In this document: positions 33,215 through 41,470 of the stretch, one piece after another
How positions within the stretch are numbered: position 1 is the first letter of the stretch
How the letters are laid out: the number at the start of each line of letters is the position of its first letter
NCBI GenBank assembly: GCA_013265495.1
Contig: MU058374.1
Location: 9,985 to 51,454, forward strand
Length of the DNA stretch: 41,470 nucleotides
Source: Vicugna vicugna
Taxonomy: Eukaryota
Direction of reading: 5' to 3'
The notes under the pieces: generated by a model
What the model saw: the letters and a program-made list of their open reading frames with translations, nothing else
Told to the model about the DNA's origin: nothing
Database searches by the model: none
Position numbers and translations under genes: made by a program

Positions 33215-36200
33215 AGAAGGAATTACAGAGAAGGGGAAGGACATCTCCAGTGCAGCTGCTGGCACCCGGGGCAGCTCAGCCCGCGGCCCTGAAGGCACTG
33301 TGCGTGCTGGTGTTCCTTGCTGATCCGGTAGCAGCTCTAGGTGTATCCGGGGAGGACCTGGCTCTAGCACCTGAGTAACTAGAAGAACTAGGTGTGTTCT
33401 GGTCTCTGATCTAGAACTGGATAACCCTGTGGGGTCACAGCTGGGCCAAAGCACTGTGGTGCCCCAGGGCCAGTGGGGGAGCTCTGGCTGAGGTTGGCTG
33501 AGACTCTGGATGTGAGGCCGGGCAGGCAGCTGGCTGAGGTGGTAGAGGAAGTGCTAGAGCAGCTGTTCCTGATGTTTCAGGCTCTGAGATGGAGGACAGC
33601 TGTTGCCTGAACCTCCTCTAGAATTGGCGCCTGTGCGGGTGCTTTTCCTGGCTTTGAACTTAAATGAGAGCTGGGGCAGGAGCAGGCTCTGGCTCTGGAG
33701 CTGTCCTGGGCAGGAGAGGTGCAGCAGGCTTTAGGTCTCCAGGTGCTTTCAGAGCTTGCTCTGAGCTGCTGCTGTAGCTCTAAGAAGGGAAACTCTCATC
33801 AATATGACTGCTTTTCCACATGTCTCCCCAAAATAGGAAAGCCCTCACTGCCAGTCAGTGAAGCCTCAGTCCAAGATCCCATGCCCAAGAAGCATTCTCA
33901 GATGCAGTCCAGGGCAAATGATATGAGGCTCCCCATTGCTCCTGGTCCAGTTCCAGCCTCAGGAGGCTCTCCTCTGTGTGGTCCAGTGCTTTCCCCTCCT
34001 GACTCAGCCCATCACCGACCCTGCATCCTCCCCATCATCACCCTCTGCCTCTGGGAGCCCCAGCTCTGCCAGAAGATGGGCCTGGTGCTCCAGGTCTGAG
34101 CCAGGCATGCTCAGCTCTGCATAAGCCAGTACCATCTTCAGGCAGGGAAATTCTGGGGGCTGGTGGAAATCCTCTGGGTACTGGCGCAGCCAGGTGCCCA
34201 GGACGGAGGATATGGCCCTTGGGGTAGTAGTGGGGAAGCAGAGTGACAGACCTGGCCTTGCCTTCCATGCTGTGCTTTCATGGCAGCCCTGCGGGGACAT
34301 GGGCCACTCTGCCCTTGGCTTCTGCCCATCCAGAGGCCAGTTTTACTCCATGTCCCATCTCACATGGCAGTCTGTGCAGAGGAGGGCCTGGACTCAGAGG
34401 AGGGGCTGCTACAAGCCTTCTGAAGGGAAATCCCTTTATCTGCGGTTTGACCACTTCTCCCCTTTTCAGGGATGTCTGACACACTGCTCTGTCCCCCCAG
34501 CCCCCCCCCACTGGGTGGCACCTCTGTGAAGACAGGCAGGCTGTCTGCTCTCGGCACTGCCATTTTGGGGATACAGGAGCTGCTCTATGAATGTCTGACC
34601 CAGGAGGGAATAGACAGGCTGTGTCTGCCACCCAGGCTGCCCACGGGCCTCCTCACACCTCAGATTTTAGCTCCTGTCCCTTCCTTTTGCCTAATCCTCC
34701 AGGGACCCTGCCTGGGTCTCCTCCTGTCCCTGCCACTCACCTCCCACAGGGTGGACTCAGCTGTCCCCTGAGGCTCACTGGGTCCGCTGAGCACCAGCTG
34801 AGTCCCCACCATTAAGGCTTCACCAGAGTGTGGGCAGGATGCTCTCCACCCATTATGTTCTGGGTCCCACGAAGCAGGTGGGGCCAGGTCTGGGATGAAG
34901 AGGGGATGGCTGTGGGTTCACTTAGGGGCTGACTCTGACCTCTGACCTCCTAGATGCTTCTCACAGCACCACAGCCACAACAGCAGCTCTCTGGGTCTCC
35001 AGAGACCTTTCCCCTTTGCCAGAAGAAGCCCTAAAACTTCTACTCTCAAGCCAAAATCATAGGATGTGTGGGATTCAGGGTTTGCCCCCCCAACTTATCA
35101 ACACAGTCCACATCTCCACACTTATTTAGGCAAGGGAGACCCTCTCTTCAATCAAAGAAACTCCCCATTTCAGCTCATACGGGGGTCCATCCTCATCAGT
35201 GTAAGGAAGGATGTAAGGAAGGATGTAAGCCAGGATGGTGTCACATGGACTGTCCTGAGCACACTAGCTGGATGTGATGTCTAGTGTGACAGTGTGATTC
35301 CTGGGAGTAAGGAAGCCCTGGAGGGCAGGGCTGTTGTCTGCTCAGTGCATTAAATGGTTGTTATTCCTATAAATGTGCCTGTCCCTGGTGGACTTCCTGT
35401 ATACTTGAGGAATGAATGAGCCCAACCAACGCCACCACACAGAGCTGAGTGGGCCTAGGACCCCACTTCTCCCACCCATGGATCCCTGCTCTCACTGACC
35501 TAGGATAGGGGCAGCTAATGGAATCACAAATTACACTTGAAATAGGAAAACATTTTAACCCAAGGCCACATTCAGTGATGCAGGAGGCAGAGGCCGCCTC
35601 AAGGGCAGGAGGAGATGACCAGTTAGCACAACCACAGCCCCTCCTGCTGACCTTTCCATGGGCCAGGGCCCCAGAAAGCACTTTCCATGAAGGGCCCTCT
35701 CTGTTCTTAGTATCATCCTAGGGCCCGATGCTCTCTCACCCGAGGGTGCAGAGCAGCAAACGAGGTTCACATTGGTGGAGTGACATTCCCACATCTCACC
35801 ACTAGTATGTGGCTGCATCACCGATGTCCCATGAGGGCAGAGTGCTCACCTTTGGAATAGAAGGTTCAGCACCTTGTAGGCAGTGGCCAAAGTTCTGTAG
35901 GTGCCCAGGAGTGTATGTAGGTAGGAGGGGTTGCTTCCCAGGACAGCAGGCACCAGATTTGCCACAAGCATCTCCAGTCTGTCTGGATGCTCCACACCAT
36001 GCAGTCCTCATTCCTGTTCCCTGTTGACACATCTTCCCCCTGGGGTGGAACAGAGGAGAGACATGAATCAGACGCAACACCGTAGACCACCAGGGGATTT
36101 AGGGCTGGAACTCAGATTCAATCTACAAGCCTCAGGGACTTGTGACAAGAGATGGGACAAGAGAGTTCTCGGCAGAATAAAGGTTCTCAGTATCAGCAGG

Positions 36201-37331
36201 AAAAGTGTCAGTGGGTGATGACTAAGTGCACCAGTTTCTCAGATCATTGTGTCAGCCCAGTATTGACAGCACCTCCCTCTATTAACTACATCATCCCCTT
36301 GACTGCTATCAAAGCATGTCATTTTAGAGATGAGAACCCAGAGGCTGATCCCGGACTGTGTGGGATCAGGATTGTTGGGCCAACATGGACACATGGGGAT
36401 GGAAGGAAAACATGAAAATCTGTACAAAAATACAGAAACACCCTTGACATAACATGAACTGAAATTCTATCAAAGGCTCTTTCAGAGATTCTGTCTCATA
36501 TGTGGACATTGACTTTGCATCTGGCCAGGGCAGAGCCTGAACTGTGAGGGTGGGTGGGAGAGATAAGGAATCAAATTCCTTTGCCAGAAGGTCTCAAGAG
36601 GGAGACCAGGAGAGGTGGAGGGCAGTTCTTGGACCCAGGGCTTCCAGGGTGTAGAGTCTCCTTACTTGCACTCACCCTGAGCCCGTCCTGGGTTCTGTTG
36701 GTGTCTTGGGACCGCTGCCACTCTTACAAGGAGATGGAGCAGGGGACTCCATGAACAAGGTCCTGTGTGATCTCCTGTGTGGAGTCCTGCAAACACAGTC
36801 CCCAGGAACCAGGCAGAAACCTCAGAGCCCTTTCTGAATGTCTCGGCTGATTCTCAGATCCACAGGACATCTCCACCCCAGACTCACACATACCACTCTG
36901 CGCAGATCTACATTAGTGACAAAAAAGCTGACAACCTGAAGCCCTTGGATTCCCACTGGCCCATGTAAGATGTCCCTCAGGAGTCCTCTTTCTCCCCAGC
37001 CAGACCTGACCTTGGGTGTGGCCATGATAGGACCACCAGGTTACCACATGTTCAATGACTGGTTCCTGCCCAGAGGGGACACCTCCCCTCAAGTCCCTCT
37101 TCCCCCACACGGAAACGAGGTGAAGTGGGCCTGCCCAGGGAGGGCTCCCAGAGGAGGCTGGGCCCAGATTGGCCTGCTCCAGGCCACATTTTTTACCTTA
37201 GGTGACCTCCTGGTTAAAGTCCAGAGTTGGCCTGGTTGCTGGCAGAACCCAAACCTAAACCTTGAGACACCTCTCATGCCAGGTTTTCTTGAAGGTGAAG
37301 CCCAGGAGTTCAGGACGCAGAAGGAGAACAT
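33215..37331 (-). pseudogene. RALGDS: RALGDS-like copy 2, exons 1-6 (N-terminus, REM domain, Pro/Ala/Glu linker), truncated before the CDC25 domain
   Basis: Ex1 37331-37197 MFSFCVLNSWASPSRKPG...LWTLTRRSPK|gtaaaa. Ex2 36786-36676 DSTQEITQDLVHGVPCSISL*EW... (TAA 36724-36726). Ex3 36039-35850 GEDV...CMVWSIQT-fs-LEMLVANLVPAVLGSNPSYLHTLLGTYRTLATAYKVLNLLFQ R|gtgagc. Ex4 ~35254-35166 ...YILPYILPYTDEDGPPYELK, donor GG. Ex5 34217-~34033 AISSVLGTWLRQYPEDFHQPPEFPCLKMVLAYAELSMPGSDLEHQAHLL. Ex6 ~33779-33215 degenerate APEPEPAPAP repeats. Confidence 0.9.
34033..34217 (-). pseudogene. RALGDS: RALGDS-like exon 5 (REM domain C-terminal half)
   Basis: ccccaag|G GCC ATA TCC TCC GTC CTG GGC ACC TGG...; strong similarity to remembered RALGDS AISSILGTWLDQYSEDFCQPPDFPCLKQLVAYVQLNMPGSDLERRAHLLL. 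The 3' boundary is approximate. Confidence 0.92.
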
Positions 37332-37434
37332 ATTTCTCTGTGAACTGTCTCCAGCCAAGTGAGCTGGCGCAGGGGCCATCACTAGAATGTGGGTGCCTGG
37401 TTACTGGGTTCCAATTCTGTTGGGGTCTGTTATC

Positions 37435-37538
37435 AAGGAAGTGATGTCACTTCCTGGGGTCCACTTCCTGGAACCCCCTCCTCAGACAACACCTCCACAC
37501 ACAGCCCTGTGGGCTGCTGCCTGCTCACCCCCTTCTCC
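37435..37538 (-). promoter_or_regulatory. Putative promoter core, copy 2 (ETS/CRE-like/ETS palindrome)
   Basis: AGGAAGTGATGTCACTTCCT at 37436-37455, ~105 bp upstream of ATG 37331. Confidence 0.6.
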
Positions 37539-38116
37539 ACGTAGACCCATCTCTTCCAATTACAGCAGCCATGCCCTCTCCACGGCTCCTGGGGGGGCTC
37601 TGCATGCAGCTGTGAGGGGACGCCCTGTCTTCCAGACACAGTTCCTCCTTCTTACCTGTTCTCCATCCTGGATAAGTCCTGGTGTCTGTCCAGGCCTGTG
37701 TGTCTCCCCACCCGCACAGTGGGTGCGATTCTACACGGTACTTCTAGGGACGTCCTCAAGCACTTGTCAAATAAGACCTGAGAAGTGTAGGAGTGGTCTC
37801 ACATTTAGATGATGACTCCAGTACCATTTCTTCCTCTTATTTCCTCCTCTGTGTCTGTTTTTCTCTTGATCCCACCCCATGGACCATATTTAATGTCAAT
37901 CCTCGTGTCTGTGTGTCTTTGTGTCTGTGTGTGTGCGTGTTGTGTTTTCAGGCTTATAAGCCAGTGCTCACTCTCTGTGTGGCCAGCAGAAAACTGCCCA
38001 CACATGGGAGGGTTGGGCAAGAGCATCCTGAGGCCTGAGGATTTCTAATTTCCAAAGAAAAGGTGATGAAAGGGGTTGAGGTTTTGGATAGCAGGTCAGA
38101 GCACCATGACTCAGGC

Positions 38117-38227
38117 NNNNNNNNNNNNNNNNNNNNNNNNNNNNNNNNNNNNNNNNNNNNNNNNNNNNNNNNNNNNNNNNNNNNNNNNNNNNNNNNNNNN
38201 NNNNNNNNNNNNNNNNNNNNNNNNNNN
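38117..38227. other. Assembly gap (N run)
   Basis: Run of n. Confidence 1.
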
Positions 38228-38329
38228 TCAACAGGTACAGAGTCTTTCTTTGTCACCAGTAGTACTGCATCTTGCTTGAAACCCCCGGGAAGCAGTTTCT
38301 CCCAGTGACTTCATTATAAAATGGAATCA

Positions 38330-38995
38330 CTTTTACCTTTGTTTAGATTCCTCATCTTAATTATATCATATAATATTTCTCTTTGTCTGACTTACTTCAT
38401 GTAGTATAATAATCTCTAGACTTCCCAGACATACAGCTCAATATTCACATCAGCTCTGTTTACGACAGCCAAGAGGTGGAAGCACAGTCAGGGTCTATCT
38501 GCAATGAGTGGGTAATGAAGACGTGGTATAAGCACACCTCAGAATACTAGGTAGTCACTACAGGGGATGAAAGAATGTTGTTTCCAACTAAATGGAATGG
38601 ACACAGAGATTAGCATACTAAGTGAAGTAAGTCAGACAGAGAAACATAAATCTATAACTTATGTGGAATCTAAAAAAAAAAAGATACAAGTAACCTTATT
38701 GACAAAACAGAATCAGACTCACAGACAAAGATAATCTGTGGTTACCAGGGGGAAAGTGGTGGTGGGGAGGGAGCAATCAGGAGTGTGGCATTACAGATAC
38801 ATAGTAGTATAGACAAAATTGATAAAAAAAAAAAGGACCTGCTGCAGAGCACAGGAAACTATATCCAGTAACTTGTAATAACCTATAATGGAGAAGAATG
38901 TGAGAAAGAACATATGTACATGTATAACTGAATCATTATGTTGTACACCACGAACTTACACAACACTGTAAATCAAATATGCGTCAATGTAAAAA
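38330..38995 (+). mobile_element. L1 3' end (plus strand, ~38425-38995) preceded by a short antisense L1 piece (~38335-38420)
   Basis: 'acagccaagaggtggaagc...atactaagtgaagtaagtcagacagagaaa...agcacaggaaactatatccagta...caacactgtaaatcaa'; antisense piece 'tttagattcc...tctgacttacttca'. Confidence 0.85.
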
Positions 38996-39834
38996 TATAG
39001 TGTATCAGAATTGATCTAATCTCATAAGTGTCCAAGGTTATGTGCCTTTTGGAACTCTCTTCCCACCCTTCCCCCATCCATGCAGTAGCTTCATCTCCCC
39101 ACCTGCTCAAACCAGACCCTGGGGCCCTGTCTGCTCCCTCTTTATTCCTCATCCCCACATGCAGCCAGCTCCTCCCCTGTCCATGGGTCCCAACGCCAAG
39201 TGCATTCATCACCCCTCTGTATCTCCCTCCCCTCCCTGTCCAGGCAACCACTGACACTGTCCTGGATTCATGCTCTTTGCTTCCCTTTCTCACTCCCTCT
39301 GACCCAAGGGAGGGATGGTTAAAAGAAAAATCTGTTACTGTCACACAGGAAATCTCAAAGAGGCACTTTGGGGAAAAGCCACGATCCTCAGCCAGACGTG
39401 AAGGCCCTCCTCCTGCCAGCAGCCCACCTGGCCTTGCTGCCTTCAGTCCAGCCACTCTGGCCTCTGTCTGTTCTTCCAAGGACCACCTCCTTCCCTGCCT
39501 TCAAAAGCCCTAGGCTGGGAACCCATTGAGCTCTTTACCTGGGTGACTTCTTCAGGTTTACCTCAAATGCTGGAGGTTGCTCTGTCCTGGGCCCTCGGTT
39601 CCTCCCCCAGGGCTCTTTCCATAGTCCTGGGAGATGTCAGTCTGGTTTTATGGATCCCAGGGCTTGCCTGGGAAGTGGCAGGAAGCTGGGTCTCTAGAAA
39701 ACCTCAGGTCCCCAGTCCCATATCCTGCAACTGCCTAGCAGGTAGCCAAGTGGGCTCTACAGACCTGGGTGACCCCAGGATAAAAGGCCCTGCACTGCTT
39801 AGGAGCCCTGGCCCCTGCTGGTTTTCCACATGTA

Positions 39835-41200
39835 ATTTAGAGGAGGAGAAAGCAAGCCACAAGTGTAGTGACATGAACAGTATGGTAACAGCATAAAAAC
39901 AGGCACTTAGACTAATGGAATAGACTACAGAGCCCAGAAGTAAATCCACACATGTGTGGTCAAGAAATTTACAGCAATGTAGCCTCAAATGCGGAGTCGG
40001 GGAAAGGACAATCTCTGCAATAAACAGCGTGGTGACCACTGGGCGGTCACAGGCAGGAGACGCCAACTGGGCTTCTCTCTCACGTCATCCACAGAACGGG
40101 AGTCAGAATGGATTAAAGCCTTGAATAGAAGGCCTGAAACCATGTAACAGCAAGAAAGACTAGGTAGTGAGCTCCTTAACATCAGATCTGGTTTTTAATT
40201 GTTGGCTCTGACTACAAAAAGTAGAAGAAATAAAAATTAACAACTGAGGCTACATCTAATTGAAAAGCTTCTGCACAGCCAAGGAAACCATGCACACACT
40301 GAAAAGCTGAGGTATGAAATGGGAGAAAATATCTGCAGTTCAGATCTGATTAGGGGTAATATCCAAAATATATAAAAACTGACACAACTCAATAGCACAC
40401 AAAGTCTCATTTAAAAATGGGTACAAATACTAAATAGCCATTTTTCCAAAGATGACATACAGATAGTCCACAGGCACATGTAAGATGCTCAACATCATTA
40501 ATCATCTGAGAAATGAACATCAAAACCTCAATAAGATCTCATCTCACACTTGCCAAAAAGGCCGTCACCAAAAAGTTCGCAAGTAACAGATGTTCACGAG
40601 GAAGTGGAGAAAAGGGAAACCTTGTACACCATTGGTGGGAATGTAAATTTTTGCAGCCATTTTGGAAAAAACATGGAGCTTCCTCAAAGCCTAAATATAA
40701 AACTCATATGATCCAGAAATTCCACACCTGGATATATATTTGAAGAAAAGAAAAACTCCAATTCAAAAAGATACTTGCACCTCAATATATATAACAGAAT
40801 TATTTACAATAGCCAAAAAAATGGAAGCAATGTAAGTGTCCAACAATAGGTGAATGAATGAATGAATATATAATTAATTTTATTTGCATTTATACATATA
40901 GGATGGACTACTACTCAGTCATAAAAAAGAATGACATTTTTCCCATTTGAAATGACATGGAATTATCTGGAGGATATTGTGCTTAGAGGTCAGACAGAGA
41001 AGACAAATACTGGATGTTATCAATTATATGTGGAATCTGAAATATAAAACAAGTGAACATGTATAATAAAACCCAAAGAGTCTCACAGGTATAGAGAAAA
41101 AACTAGTTATTACAGGTGGTGAGAGGGAAGGAAGAAGGGACAAGATGGGGTAAAGGATTAAGAGACACAAAGTACTACATATAAAACAAATAAGCTCTGT
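39835..41200 (+). mobile_element. L1 ORF2 3' region and 3'UTR, degenerate
   Basis: 'gcccagaagtaaatccacac', 'aaaagcttctgcacagccaaggaaacc', MNIKTSIRSHLTLAK..., 'tatgtggaatct', 'ggattaagagacacaaagtactacatataaaa'. Confidence 0.9.
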
Positions 41201-41470
41201 GTCTATAGGAATGTTTACTTGTGTGTTTTAAACTTAAACAAGCCCCAGTATCATCCTGAGGAAGCTGGTGGATGCTGGGGTGGGGAGAAGCTACCTTTGT
41301 AAAATAGTTGCTAAGTTTTCCAACAACTCAAAGGCATCAGCTCCTCAGGCCACCCCACCTGGATGTGACCAGCTTCTCCATTTCTTTTAATAAAGTGGTC
41401 TGTCTGAAGTTTCTGTCCTTTTGAAATTCAATTTTGGATCCATGAATTTTATTTATGGGGGGGAGATAAT

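Larger units (their letters stand above)
35235..39830 (+). repeat. Segmental duplication copy 2 (paralogous to ~4350-9075)
   Basis: Colinear with copy 1; lacks the 7031-7637 L1 and carries its own L1 material at ~38330-38995. Confidence 0.95.

Noticed and set aside
38335..38700. Twin-priming L1 inversion
   Set aside because: The antisense piece overlaps L1 sequence also present in the sense piece, which twin priming would not produce; more likely two separate fragments.
1..41470. let-7 miRNA cluster or MFSD14B/ZNF169, which neighbour human NUTM2F
   Set aside because: No let-7 mature sequence, zinc-finger exons or MFS transporter exons were seen.

Overview
Mammalian genomic DNA, most likely a camelid: the young L1 3' ends look like alpaca/camel L1 from my recollection, not from a search. 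The window is a segmental-duplication mosaic and I found no intact protein-coding gene. Two diverged, direct-orientation copies of a ~4.7 kb RALGDS-like (Ral GEF paralogue) 5' module lie on the minus strand, at ~4350-9075 and ~35235-39830. Copy 2 continues into RALGDS exons 4-6 (REM domain, Pro/Ala/Glu linker) and stops before the CDC25 catalytic domain. Copy 1 switches at ~4340 into the last four exons of a NUTM2-family gene (4090-1577). RALGDS exon 3 and the first NUTM2 exon have matching splice phase, giving a candidate RALGDS-N/NUT-C chimeric gene, which is disabled in this copy. Both modules share a near-invariant ~100 bp promoter core containing an ETS-CRE-ETS palindrome. Between the copies are two orphan CpG-island first-exon-like elements in convergent orientation, a strong CTCF motif, a ~2 kb satellite with a ~180 bp monomer and higher-order structure, a local ~770 bp duplication, and many L1/L2/MIR/MLT/ERV remnants. 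There are two N gaps. Protein and repeat-family assignments rest on remembered sequences; no database search was run.
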